Shown: positions 37,251 through 50,729 of the stretch, piece after piece
How positions within the stretch are numbered: the first letter of the stretch is position 1
How the letters are laid out: every line of letters starts with the position of its first letter
Origin: Lama glama
Taxonomy: Eukaryota
Reading direction: 5' to 3'
DNA length: 64,000 nucleotides
Assembly: GCA_028534125.1 (NCBI GenBank)
Contig: CM052818.1
Coordinates: 14,262,001 to 14,326,000, forward strand
Made by a program: the position numbers and the translations under genes
Notes under the pieces: generated by a model
Database searches by the model: none
Told to the model about the DNA's origin: nothing
Seen by the model: only the letters and a program-made list of their open reading frames with translations

Positions 37251-38819
37251 TTCCTGATCAGGCATTTGCTCATCACATCATCTGCGTTCTCATCCACAAC
37301 TCAGGAGAAGCAGAAAATAAAGTTGAAACCTCTATGCCCCACTCTAAATTTATGTCTACACCTATTTTATCTTGTAATCTTTATTCAAAAGAAATGCTGG
37401 TGCCAATGTAATAACTTAGGCCTATGGTTAATGTTTACGTTTTAAAGTTTAACAAGTCAATTACAAACATGCATCCCATGTTATGGAGTTCTGACACTGA
37501 CATGGATATGACAGCTCAACCGTGGGAACCTGGTGTTAAGTACTTTTTAAATACAACCAACTTCGATTTTGTTTCCAAGTCTATTAGAATTTACGTCCTT
37601 GGTTCCCAAATGTTCATGTCTAAATGTCATGATACAAGATAAAAGTAGGCCCTCTAACTTTGAAAATAAAGAACATAAATGGTAGAGCACACACAGGTTA
37701 AGAGTGGATAGCATGTAAATGTCAAAATTCCCACTCATTCGAAACTTATGCTATTATTCAGAGTACAACTCACAGTGAAGATGCTTTTTGCCCCCAACAG
37801 TAAATCTGAAATTAATTATCCAAACATTCTCTTGGGCATAACAGAAAAATTTTAACCTAATTAATTTACCAATATATCAATGAAAGCAATATATATGTGT
37901 GTGTGGAAAAGTGAGAGATAAAATATTACTATAAAATGGGTGAACTGCCTTGTACACACAGCATGTTTCAATTTGTTTTTTAACTGGCTCATTAGAAATA
38001 ACTGCCTACTATTCAATCTTTACTATTTAAGACCACTAGTAATTAATGAGTTTTAAGATACACAAATTACTTCTATCGCCTATTCAATATTTTGGGAAAA
38101 CATTCTCCAAACATATGATATACAGGTTACCTTTTTCATCATTTTTTCCCTTTTTATCATTTTTTAAAAATGTAACACAAATGGGTATATAGCTTTGCAA
38201 AAATGAAGTGACACACACACACACATGCATGCGCACACACCCTGAAGCTTGCTCTAACTTATGTGACCAAGAGCAGAGAAATCAATCAATATTTGTATTT
38301 GTATCCTATATTCTAAAGTTCTCTTTGTATTTATTGACTAATATGTATAGGATCATTAAATCTTCAGGAGAAACAAATTTTCAACTTCTGAAATAGATGT
38401 TTTGAAAAGTTTGGCCGTATTTTTTTAAAAGTCAATTAATGTTCATCACCACGTTACAATCAAACAAGTGCAGAAATAACACCTTTGGGAATTTCCAATT
38501 CCATGACTGGTCTACAAGTCTGTTAGACTCTATAAATTAGGAAAATCAGCCAAATAACCAGTTATTTTAGTGAAAAATATTGTTTGATCATTATACTAAC
38601 CTTCAAAGACATATAAACAAATTCCATTTGAATAAAGAGGCTACCTTAGACAGGTGAAGAAAACTTTCTCCTATAAAATCTGAATTGAGAGACCTCAAGA
38701 AAGCCTCCGGGTCAAAAGACACCTTCATACACATGATTCTAGGTTCCCTAACAGCAAGTTCCTCCATTCCACTATTAAAGATTGCATGCAACTCCGTAAG
38801 AATTTAGTAATCACAGAAT

Positions 38820-39040
38820 AACTATTATATACTATTTATGGATCAATTACTCTGTGTTGCTTTACACATGACCTCATTTAATCCTCAGTAACAATCCAAT
38901 GGGATAACGATAGTCATCCCTCCCTATACACAGGCATACTGAGACTCAGGAAGGCTAAGGAACTTGCCCAAGGTCACACAGCCTATATGTGGCAGGGCCA
39001 GGATTCAGATTAAGGTCTGTATAACTTCAAAGTCCTTTCA
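38820..39040 (-). mobile_element. MIR SINE
   Basis: cctcatttaatcctca...actgagactcaggaaggctaaggaacttgcccaaggtcacacagc...ccaggattc. Confidence 0.85.
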
Positions 39041-42000
39041 TAATTCAGTCTTCCTCTGGTTTCTTTTTAAAATATAAACATTCTTGAAATTCTCATAAAA
39101 CTGGACATCTAGGTATAAATACAATTTTATTTCTTTCTTTTACCTCTCTTACTAACAAGGCCCAGAGAGCCACATTCTTATATGAAAGTTAGGATATTGA
39201 CAAGAAAATGAGAGCATTTGATCAATTTGAGCATGACCAGCCTCTGAATGGTCCCCTCCAATGCACTCTCCCCTCAATTCACAATCCATGACTCGCTGGA
39301 GCCCTGCTGAGTCTCCTTACCTACCGGCCTTGCTTGAGACACTTACTTTACAATGAGAACCTGTCTTCTCATGCCCCACTTCCTTCTGCCTCCTTATTTC
39401 CAGACCCATAATCAAAATCAGATACCAGCTGCACTGGGAGCCAAAGAAGAAGTCAAACCAGAGAGGAAAGGCTTATATACCAAAAGAATGGCAATATTTT
39501 GCAAACTTATCAACTTGTATAAGTTCATCAAGTTTCACTTGGCCAGTGTAAACTTGGGGAATCTGTGTGGGAATGGATTCTGAGGAAAGGGAAGACTGAT
39601 TTCAACTTGGGCTTTATAGGTCAGCTGTCTTCACAGAGCTTCTGGATTCAGTATGGAAGCTCAAGTAACTGGGAGTCATTTTAATTGTTTGTTCCATTTC
39701 TTCACTGAAATGTGGACTCAGTGGTGAACCACACGACTTGCCAGAAACTCCTTAGTATAATGGAGAGGAAGGAATCCAAAGACTTTGAGATGTGTGTTTT
39801 GGGTTTTATCTCATACAAACTGTTCACCACCCTCTGAGAGGGCACAGTTGACTCCTCCTTCACCAGGACACACTGCAGGGCTGCACAGGGGCACAGTACA
39901 GCACCTGAACTGGGGAGCCCTCTGTGGTTGGGCACTGTTCTGGGCTGTGTGGTCTCTGGCTGTCCCAGAGATTCGGTGCACTCCCCTTACCCTTACTTCT
40001 CTGTTTATAGTACCTAGAGTGGATTCTGTTTGCAGACAAGAACTCTGAGACCTCAGCCCAGGGCATTCTCTGTTGGATGACCTTGGTCTCTACGGAGACC
40101 AAGACAAGAGCATCTAAGGAGGGCTGGAACCAAAGACTTAAAGGAGGGAGAAGCCCTCCTTAAAGACAGAGCGGAAGGAAGCCTAGGGAAAGCAGAGGTG
40201 CCACAAGGTACAGCCATCTCGTCCGCTCCATTGTCAGCCTGGGGAAAACAGAAGGTTCTCCACAACGGATGATCCCGGTTAACTCTTTTACTGGAGCACT
40301 CTGGACAGCCACTCCATCCCCTGTCACGGTCATCATACCCAGCACTCCCTGTGCTGCTGCCCAGGCCCAGCCAGCTCGTCTCTCTTACCGATGCTCCTGG
40401 TCACAACCACCCTGGCCTCTTCCTGGAAGAAATTGATTTATGTGGGCCAATTGCTTATAAGACCAAGACCCATTGAATATTCATTATCGTTCTTTGTGAC
40501 CTCCTACAAGACAGAGGATATTATTAACTAGGATTTTTATTCTGCAGCTCCTGAGAGAAAAGCAGGTAAAGCTGGAAACCAGATTATAAAGCCCAAGGGG
40601 CCGGCACCCAGCAGGGAGGGGCATGAGTCAGGAGAAGAGGTGAAACTAAAGGAGGAGAAGAAAGGTGAGACAGAGATGGGGAGACACTGAGAGACAGAGA
40701 TGACGTGATAAGAATAAACATGAGTGGTGAACAAAGAGGGGCAAGACCAGGGTAGAGCTTTGGGAAGACAGATTAGTGAACTAGAATTTTAGGATATTTT
40801 GCTCAATGACATGCTGTATAAAGCCCCGTGCAAACTCTTTATGGAATTCTATAACCAGGATTTATATTATTTGGTAAGGTTTCCAGATATGGTTGGAAGG
40901 GTGGTGGCAGAGAGGAGGTTTAGACAGGCCAGGGAGTAGAGGCAGGTTTCAAGTCTAACAATTATTCTCCATTTTCACTTCCAATATTTTAATTTTGCAA
41001 ATGACACAGTCATGCAATAAACCCACACAACAACTTAATGATCTTAGTTGTGATGATGCAAAATACACAAATTGAGGTTAAATCATATAAAATCATAGAA
41101 GATTCTCTAAAAAACTTACAATACTTCATCCCTTATGATCTTAGTTATTTAAAATAAAATTAAAATAACACATCACGTGGCATTTATGTGCACTTTGTGA
41201 AGGGTGAGGCTCTTAAGAATTGAACTTATCTTTGCAAACAAATAAAACTAACTTACCCAGCCCAAGGTCTATGCATAACCCCTGGCAGCACCCTCAAAGG
41301 TCAGTTCTCATCTCTCCCGCTATGTTAAGTGTCATCTTCTCTGGTTCTTATTTAAAACAAGCAAGGAAAATGTGGTAAGGAGTCAGGTCACAGGTGCCCT
41401 GTGTTTCATACCTCATTCCTGTTGAGAAAAGCTGCCATCTTTGATGTAAGGGAGGTAGGAGAATTTTGTCTATGACATGCTAAACCATCTTGTTGTCTTC
41501 TGACTCAATAAATACTATGGTAGAGCTAAAATAACAAAAAAGGTCCAGGATTCTATTCACTACGACCCAGCAAGAGAATTCCAAAAGCAGTGATGAATTG
41601 TGTTGTACGCTGACACAGTAGTCTATATGTGTCCAAATCACAACCAATCACCAGAACAAGATGTGACAAATTCAGACCAAGGGAAAAACAGGGAGTTAAG
41701 AAATAGCCAAAACACAGAGACAGAGACAGAGATATACACATATAAACTAACAGTTGATAAATTTTTATTTCTAAGACAAGGAATAAGGATGGACTATTTA
41801 AAATATTATGTTGGGTGGGGGACTTAAAAAGCACTAAAATAAACTGCAAAGGAATCTAAAAAGCTTAAATAAATACAATAACTGAAAAGACAGACAGGCA
41901 GAAATGCAGCATATCAGATACGTACCAGGATGATAATTTCTCAGCTTTGAAGCAACAGACACCAAGAAAAAAATCATGGTTTCAAAACAAATACATTTAA

Positions 42001-42047
42001 ACATTTATCCAATGGAATAAGAACAAAACCAAAATCAAAAAGTCATT

Positions 42048-43146
42048 GAAACCCAAGCAACAGAAATAAAAGCAAAAATTAACAAATGGGACCTAATTAA
42101 ACTTATAAGCTTTTGCACAGCCAAGGAAACTATAGGCAAAACAAAACGACAACCTATGGAATGGGAAAAAATATTTGCAAATGATGTGGCTGACAAAGGT
42201 TTAATTTCCAGAATATATAAATAGCTCATACAACTTAATAAAAAACAAACAACACAATCCAAAAGTGGGCAGAGGACCTAAACAAGCAATTCTACAATGA
42301 AGACATACAAATGGCCAATAGGCACATGAAAAATTGCTCAGTATCACTAATTATCAGAGAAATGCAAACCAAAACTACAATTAGATATCACCTCACACCA
42401 GTCAGCATGGCCATCATTCAAAAGTCCATGAACAATAAATGCTGGAGACGGTGTGGAGAAAAAGGAACCCTCCTACACTGCTGGTGGAAATATAGTTTGG
42501 TGCAGCCATTATGGAAAACAGTATGGAGATTCCTCAAGAAACTAAAAATAGATTTATCATATGATCCAGCAATCCCACTTCTGGGCGTATATCCAGAGAG
42601 AACTCTAATGCAAAAAGATACATGCACCCCAATGTTCACAGCAGTACTATATACAATAGCCAAGACATGGAAACAACTTAAATGTCCATTGACAGATGAC
42701 TGGATAAAGAAGCTGTGGTATATTTATACAATGAAATACTACTCAGCCATAAAAAGTAATGACATTTGCAGCAACATGGATGGACCTAAAGATTGTTAGT
42801 CTAAGTGAAGTAAGCCAGAAAGAGAAAGAAAAATACCCTATGATATCACTCATATGAGGAATCTAAAAAGAGAGAGAGAGAGAGACTGACAGATATAGAA
42901 AACAAACTAATGGTTACCACTGGGGAGGGAGAAGGGGGAGGGGCAGGAGAGGAGTATGGGATTAAGAGGAATGAACTATTATGTACAAAACAGATAAGCA
43001 ACAAGGATATATCATACAGCACAGGGAATTATAGCCCTTGTTTTGTAATAATTTTAAATGGAGTAAAATTTATAAAAACACTGAATCACTATCCTTCCCA
43101 CCTGAAACCAGTATAATATAGTAAGTCAAATATACTTTGAAAAAAC
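42048..43146 (+). mobile_element. Relatively young 5'-truncated L1 (~1.1 kb); contains ORF 42311-42799 = ORF2 C-terminus
   Basis: ORF reads [19 protein letters not shown]...[16 protein letters not shown]...YDPAIPLLG (L1 ORF2 CCHC region), then G-rich 3'UTR tract and short A tail. Confidence 0.95.
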
Positions 43147-43864
43147 CAGACTGTGATCCTAATCACCATTTGGAAATGTAGCACCTCTTAGGGTCAGAAT
43201 TACAGTTCAGCCCCAATTTAAGAGGGGGTATAGAATTTTCTCATCATCCCAGACAGAAAACTCTTTTCTCTGTCTCCTCTCATTACTCTTCCTGTCTCTC
43301 CTTCTTTATATATATTTAGCACAAACTTCAGAGGTTTCTTTAGTAATAAATTTTAGCACTTAATAAGCTTTACCAGAATCTAATACAAATCCTTCACCTG
43401 TCATCTTAAACTGACTTCATCTCATTTTCTTTTGAGAATTAACTCTGGATTTGCATGCTGTGACATAATCCCAAAGAAACCAAACATTTAGAGATTCACA
43501 GGTACATATAAATAGAAGTCTTACCCAACAGGTCTAAATGACCTCAAACAGTTGGAGAGAAAGCAGCAAGTCTAGTCAAGTCTTTGAACATTTAGGTGAG
43601 AAAGATCTAGATTATCTTTTGATTTAAACATGTTTCTTTATCTTTTCTTTCTCTGTATAAACTCACATTGGAAAACAGCACCATTAGTATTTGTTCACAG
43701 GTAAATATTTCCCAATAATGTTATAGGTAATTTTAGAAAGTCTATTCTGAAACAGTAGAAATATGTTGCAAATAAATCACATTATAAAGTAATTTGTGAA
43801 GTTTTAAGATAGTTTATTTACCAAAGAAAATGTGGGTACTTTCAAGTAAACATTTTAAACTCAT

Positions 43865-44190
43865 TTTTTATTATCTTCTAGTTTTATTGAGATATAACTG
43901 GTACACAGCACTGTATAAGTTTAAGGTATAAATCATAATGATTTGACTTACATACGTTATGAAATGATCACAATAAGTTTAGTGAACATCCATCATCTCA
44001 TGTAGATATAAAAGAAAAGAAAGAAATATTTTTCCTTGTGATGAAATTTACTCTCAACAACTTTCATACATAACATAGAGCAGTGTTAATTATATTAATC
44101 ATGTTGTACATTACATAGCTAGTACTTCCTTATCTTACAACTAGAAGCTTGTACCTTTGACCATCTTCATCCAATTCCCCATCTCCCAAG
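43865..44190 (-). mobile_element. L1MA9-like 3' end
   Basis: ttttattgagatataactgg...tttaaggtata...aagtttagtgaacatccatc...ttgtacctttgacc. Confidence 0.85.
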
Positions 44191-44945
44191 TGGCCAATTA
44201 CAGCATATAGAAGTTAAGTGAGGCCTCTTGAGGACACAACAAAATAATAATTATGTTTCTGGTTTCTAGAGCTTTTTCTGCACTGTCAAAGATCACACTA
44301 GAGTCTTGTTTTGATAAAAAAAAAATTAAATACTGAGAAAGATTGCTAATAGTAGATAAAAAACTTTCAAGGTATATCCAGAATACAGAAAGCAAATGGC
44401 TCAAATTTACATAGAACTCAAGGCAAAAACACTGCAACCTAAAAATGGGCATAAAAGTCCAAGCTCGGAGTCAAACAAATACAGGAAGCAGAAGTAGTCT
44501 TAAAGTCACTGGGGTACTCAATTAAATGACCTCCTGCAGAACAGCTGGACCAATTACAGGCTCCTCCCCATCACTGCGCCATCACAACTGCCCCACCCCC
44601 ACCCACCCCAAATAATTAGCTGACAGTGAAAAGGCATTTGCTAAAACCTTAAGATTTGTACCAAATGAAAGATCTTCAGGGCTTCTCTAAGTAAGCGTTG
44701 AGGTCAAAGAGAAGCAGGATAGTGTGGCAACTCCAGACCTCCACTGGGTAGAGATGGAGGTGGACAGAAAAGCTATGTCCCAGAGTACAGCTGTCCTCAC
44801 TTTGAAACTGTGGCAGAATAAACAAAGACCACAATGAAATAGAAAATAAAACAACAACAACAATAACAACAATGTAGACTTGATTTAAAAAATCAATGGT
44901 GGTTTTTTGAAATAACAATAAAGTAGATAAAATTATGCCAAGCTT

Positions 44946-45135
44946 GAGGGGAGGGTATAGCTCAGTGGTAAAGCATGTGCCTAGCAAGCATGAGGTCCTG
45001 GGTTCAATCCCCAATACCTCCATTAAAAAAAAATAAAACTGAATTACCTTCCCCCCACAAAAAAGTATACAGTGTTGTATGTTAAATACATTTCAATAAA
45101 ACTAAAAGAAAAAAATGATTTAAAAATTTTTTTTT
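44946..45135 (+). mobile_element. Camelid tRNA-Ala-derived SINE with extended tail and 16-bp TSD, inside an L1M fragment (~44830-45240)
   Basis: ggggagggtatagctcagtggtaaagcatgtgcctagcaagcatgaggtcctgggttcaatccccaatacctcca; TSD aaattatgccaagctt 44930-44945 / aaattttgccaaactt 45136-45151. Confidence 0.92.
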
Positions 45136-45241
45136 AAATTTTGCCAAACTTAAGACCAATGAAAGAAAACATGAGTAATATTAGGAATGATATAGCGGAC
45201 ACAATTATAGATACAAGGAGATCTTAGGAGCCTACTATATA

Positions 45242-45664
45242 TAGGCACATGTTTGTAGCAAACTGCATGTGTCTATTGGCACAATTTTCCCAACAGTATT
45301 TGCTCACTTCATGTCTCTGTGTCACATTTCGGTAACTCTCACAGCATTTCTAGCATTTGCACCATTATTATATTTGTTATGGTCATCTGTGATCAGTGAC
45401 TTTTGATGTTACTATTGCACCAGATTCTATCCTGCTGAAGGTTTAGATGATGGTTAGCATTTTTCAGCAATATTTTTCAAATTAAGGTAGGTACATGGTT
45501 TTTTCTTAAACATAATGCTATTGTACACTTAACAGACTGTAGTGTAGGGTAAAGATAGCTTTTATCTGCACTGGGAAACAAAAAAATTCCCATGACTCAC
45601 TTTATTGTGATATTCCCTTGATTGCAGTGGGGTGGAACTGAACACACAGTATCTCCGAGGTATC
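45242..45664 (+). mobile_element. Tigger1 internal-deletion derivative (TcMar-Tigger)
   Basis: 5' part tgctcacttcatgtctctgtgtcacattt joined to 3' part gcactgggaaac...actttattgtgatatt...atctccgaggtat. Confidence 0.88.
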
Positions 45665-45829
45665 ATTTACCACACAATGTATTAAAAGAGAAAGTTCTAT
45701 CATTTTTACTGCATCTTCTATTGGAAAGGACCTTAGTTGTAGACCACACGTCCCACGAGGGCACGGTCTATGACTGTCATTTATCATTGTGTTCCCAGAA
45801 ACTAGCACACTCCTTCCCTTACAAAGATT

Positions 45830-46460
45830 TATGGACACTCTTCTGGGGATACAGCAGTAAGCAAAAACAAAGCCCTGCTCACTCAGGTCCTACAGTCTGG
45901 TCAGGGAGACAGACCACGAACAATAAACAGATAAAATACAATTTCAGGCAGCAATAAGAAGAAAAATTAAGTACAGTGAGAGAGAAAGAGAGAGTACACA
46001 GCGTCGTCACATTAGACAGAGGAGTCAGACAGCGCTCTTCGAGGCGGCGGCAGGGGCAAAGGGATCTGCACGATGGGAGGGGGCCAAGCACACCCCTCAG
46101 GGAAAAGCCGTCAGGCACAGGGAAGGACAAGGGCAGGAGTCCGGAGTCAGGAACTTGCCTGGATGTCTGAGAAGCTACAGCGAAAGTGCTGCTGAAGCCA
46201 AAGGGCTGGGACAGAAATGACGTCAGACAGGTGGCGAAAGGCCAGAGCCTGCAGGGCCTGGCCAGGGACCGCCAGGACTTAGACTACAAGTACAGCGGGC
46301 AGTTGAGGGAAAACGGAGTGACAAGACGAATGAAAAATTCTCAAAGGATCAGTCTGGCTGCTCTAATGAATTGATCATAGAAGGGGTCAAAAACAAAAAC
46401 TAGGAGTTAGGGGACTGCCAGTGAGGCCCAGGCGAGAAACGCTGACTTGGATTGAGTGGG
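45830..46460 (-). mobile_element. L2 LINE fragment
   Basis: ctggggatacagcagtaagcaaaacaaagccctgc...aaaggatcagtctggctgct. Confidence 0.8.
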
Positions 46461-46819
46461 AGGCACCTGCCCCCGTTTGTTTAATGAATGATTTATTTCA
46501 TTTCTTGATCTTTTTTTCAGGAAATATCTATGTAACAGATTTGTCAACAGAAGTACTAGATATCAATAACCCAGAGTATTGAGCATAGTGAGCACTTCCT
46601 GTATTTCCACTCTGGGGAAAACCAAAGGCACAAGCAATGTCAATACTACCTTTTCTAAAGCAACTTATTACTTATTAGAAGAGGCCTTGATTGAACATTG
46701 GCCAACATGAAGTAGAAATTAAAGACTTTGCAACACATTTCTAAATTTGATCATTAGACCAGAAATGGCCAACACTTTTACCCCCACAGGATGTTCTAGG
46801 AGAAACAGTCTTGTTAAAC

Positions 46820-47790
46820 AACTGTGGGAAATGCTAACACTGACTGGGTGCTTACCGCTAAGTCAGGTCCTCTGTGAGAGGCCTCCACGCCCTGTGGGGC
46901 TGGATCCTCACAACCACTCTGTGACGTGGTGTGGCAGATGTGCCAGTGCTTCCTTTCTGCCGTGGATCCTGAGTCACCCAGAATCCCGTTCCATGAAGGA
47001 CTCCTTGGCCCAGCTGGCCCAGCCTTCAGGTGTCTTCAGGACTCTCTTCAGGGACCACTTCAACTGTGAAGAGTTCCCTTGCCCAAGGTCACACCTGTTC
47101 CCAGACCAGCCCATACCTAACGACTGATCAATACAGGAGTATAAAGGCCTGGCCGTCCCAGCTACAGAGAAACCTGCGGGGGGCCTGCCAAGGCTGTCAT
47201 GGGGCTGGTATTGTAGCTTCACTTTTCTTTCAGTCCTCTCATCCATTGCCTTTGATCCATAGAGGACCCCTCAGTAAACATCGTGCAAGCTAAACTTTGT
47301 CTGAGTCTGCTTCCTGGGGAACTCAACCTCCGATACTCCTCTTCTGTCTCAGAAATAGAACATCCAAATGTCAGCTGGGCATGTGAATAAATGCCAAGGA
47401 TAAAGATTACCTTTCCTAGCTTCCCTTGGAATCAGTCACGGGGAACCACGCAACCACACTCTGACCAATGGGATGAAAATGGGAGTCATGTGTGCAATTT
47501 CCAGGGAGGGTCCTTGGTGGGAGGAGACAGGCCCACTGCTAGCTGGAATGCAGGCTCAAGGGGTTGGGGTAGGAGCAGCCATCTTCTTGGGGATAGCAAA
47601 GCAACAAGACAAAAAGGAGGCTCTGTGCCAGTCTTCCTTGGGAGCCTTTTATATTTAATCCTGGGAGGTGGGTAATATCGCCCCACTTTACAAATGAAAA
47701 AACTGACTAAGAGTTAAATATTGGGCTAAAGGCAAACTGATAATAAGCAGCAAAACTGGATTTGAATCCAGATCTGACTACAAAGTTTAT
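46820..47790. mobile_element. MIR interrupted by LTR relics (ERVL/MLT1-like)
   Basis: MIR halves at ~46830-46925 and ~47665-47790 (cccactttacaaatgaaaaaactga); MLT-like ctgaccaatgggatg...gcagccatctt between them. Confidence 0.6.
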
Positions 47791-50729
47791 GTTCCTATAC
47801 CACACTGAGCCTCTGGGAGGAAATCTGGTGATAATTTGGCCTAGAAGAAGTGCAAATTATGATCATCCATTTCTTCTGAGCACATAATTAAGAGATACAG
47901 ATGCTCAAATAAAGTATGCAGATTTTAAGTGAGCTGTAAGAAGGAGGTTCCCAGTTGTAAATATTGTAGGAGATTAGAGAAGAGAGGGCAGAGAGAGAGA
48001 TGGCTCCTTCCACGGAGATCTGAGAGATTAGACAATGTAAATGGGAAGTGATTATCTAGTGATGCTTTGCCTAGAGATATAGATTGCAGCTTGTAAATCT
48101 CCTTCTAGGCCTGTAATTTCTCTCTAAATGCTAGCAATGCCTTTTCCTGTCTTGAGTAATGAGGGATGGAAGAAAGCTCAGCCTTTTAGGAGTGATCAGC
48201 TGGCATGGAGGAGGAAGGGAATATTGGTCATTCCCAGACATCCCTGCCAGGCTACTGGCTCAGGAGAGGAAGGCCAGGCTCAGTTATGGATCTGGGATAA
48301 GCAAGGTGACAACCTGGTTGAGAACAGTGACAGAGACAGGGGGGCACACAAGGAGCACAAGGGAAAGCAGTTCTGAAGCTTGTCTGAAGTGTCCTGTCCT
48401 CCCAGCCCTGTGCTACGTACAGGGCCTCTTTGCTAAATGGAGCTCTCTGATCCTAAGGTCACTGGAGAGAAAAGATTTCTCTTAGGGTAGCCAGGGGCCT
48501 GCAGCATCAGCATCTCAAGGAAGAGCCACAGCCGGTAAATGGCAGAGCTGGGCTTCACACCCAGGTCTGTTCTACTTTGGAGACCACTCCCCCCCCCCAG
48601 AATATTTTCTCTTTCACACACAGCTGTTACAACTGTGACTGCTGACTGATGAAGGTGATGATGTGGGCAGAGTCCATGTGTGCCCTTCTGGATCAGTCTA
48701 ACCTTCGCAGGTCTCTTGACCTCTCCCACCTAAATTATGTGGATGATCTTGCCTACACTGCAGAGCTGCTGCTGAGTAGCATCAGGGAATGTGCATAAGA
48801 CATCCACCACACTGGAAATCTCCAATAAATGATTTTCATTCTCATAAACCAAAATGTTGCCTCAGTTCAGGAAAAATTTTATCTTGGCATGAAATTATCA
48901 AATATCCTTAAAGGCAAACAATATCATTAAAACTAAAGTTGAATTGGTATCCATCGTATTTTACTTTACATGAAATGGTTTGTAAGTTCCACAGTCCTAG
49001 ATGACCATTCTCTGCCTGGTGAAATCCATCCAAGTCCAAATCTATCATCCCCTATTTCCTTTTTGTCCAAACTAACCGGATGGAATCAGTCCCTCTCCAT
49101 TCATATTTCCGCAGGACTTCTCTTGTATCCCTAAGGAAGTCACTTGAGACTTGGTTTTATGTATAGCTGTTTCTCCTATTAGATTGGAAGTCCCTGGATG
49201 ACCAGAATCATGAGTGAGTCATCCTTAATCCTAATTGCCCAGCATGGCATCTAGCACAGAGCAGGAATTCCACAAATACTTGGCAAAGTTGCACTGAATG
49301 GAATAAATGCTGTGGATTCTGTGGGTTTCAAAAAAACTGCCCTCAGTTCCATAATTCTGACTGCAGCTGGGATATTGGAGCAAAAAAGCATTTCAGAGAC
49401 TACTTAGTGCCAGTATATTTCACTGGAGAAGGTATCATTTGAACGAGAGATTGTCGATTTAGTTTGCACAGCCCACAGGGTCCTAGTTAACACTGAGGAA
49501 AAGAGATCCCATTTTTCATTACAAATCTGAAATTAATTCAATCTGTACCTTTGCTTGCCTAGTCAACTTAATTCTAATTCTCATGTTGAAGAGGTAATAC
49601 AAATGAAACTATCGGAGTAGAAAACAGGCTTTAGTTTTGCTGCTCAGTGTACGGTTATTTTATTCACCAAGGAAACTGTATGGATACTACATCAGTCAAC
49701 AAATTATTGGCCAATTGTGAAAAACAGCCTCAAGCCCCAAATACGCATGTGCCACATAACACATGTTAATACACACACATAAATATATGTACATCTATCT
49801 ATAGATACACATATGCATACATACACACGTAGGTGATATCACATAGAAGGCATTTTGGAGAAGACATCTGAAAATGGTATAAACAGAATTCATTTTCACA
49901 GAAGGCATCTTGCATCCAGAATTACCTGCATTTGCATTTATTTTTGCAATTAGCAATAGAAATGCAGCTGTGATAAACAGTTGGTGAAGATCAGTTGAGG
50001 CAGAAAAGTTTTATAAAGACTGGCTTTTGAATAACAGCAGTCAGAGTGTGAGATATCCATAATTAATGAATGCATCTACGCCGGTATGAGTAAGAAATGG
50101 TGGCCTGGGGCATTTACAGGTGACATGGTGCCTCAAAGGATGACAGAATGAGCATGACGAAAAAGAAAGAACTGGATACCACAGTACCAAAGGACACTTC
50201 ATCTAGCCAGTCAAGGTTAAGGGTTTTAGGGATAATCCAGTGAAAAGGTGGTGAAACCAAAGTGTAATTAGAACTGCAAAGGTTTGTAGCATACCATTAA
50301 GATCAATTGCACAGTAAATTACATATGTTGGATGACAGGGCTCAGTTCTTCTTGACTAATTCTTTGTCATCCCCACGGAGCACTGAGTTAATGGAATCTC
50401 TTTAGGAATAGGTAAGGGGCATTAAGGAACCAATTTTCAAAGGAACTATTTGGGTGCTTAGATTAGTTTAATCCAGTAAACAGCATAGAATGGTCTCTTA
50501 ACCAGTGGATTACCCTCCACACAAACATCATGGGGAAAGTGATGATTTGGTAACAAAAAAAGCACAAGTAAAGCTTATGGAGGCCTGAGGCAGGAAGACC
50601 ATGTGGGTGGAAAAGGAAATAGAGAAGACAGAGACAAAGCAATAAATCATGTTGGTTTTGAAATGAAAATGGGCCACTGATGATGTTGAAGAGCTCCCTG
50701 GGACACAAGTCATCCTGGCTCACAGTGAC

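Noticed and set aside
37485..37632. Degenerate inverted repeat (gacatgga...gggaacc / ggttccc...ttcatgtc)
   Set aside because: Most likely an old DNA-transposon MITE; too degenerate to name or claim as an RNA structure.
42311..42799. Longest ORF in the window (162 aa)
   Set aside because: C-terminal fragment of L1 ORF2 in a 5'-truncated element; not a host gene.
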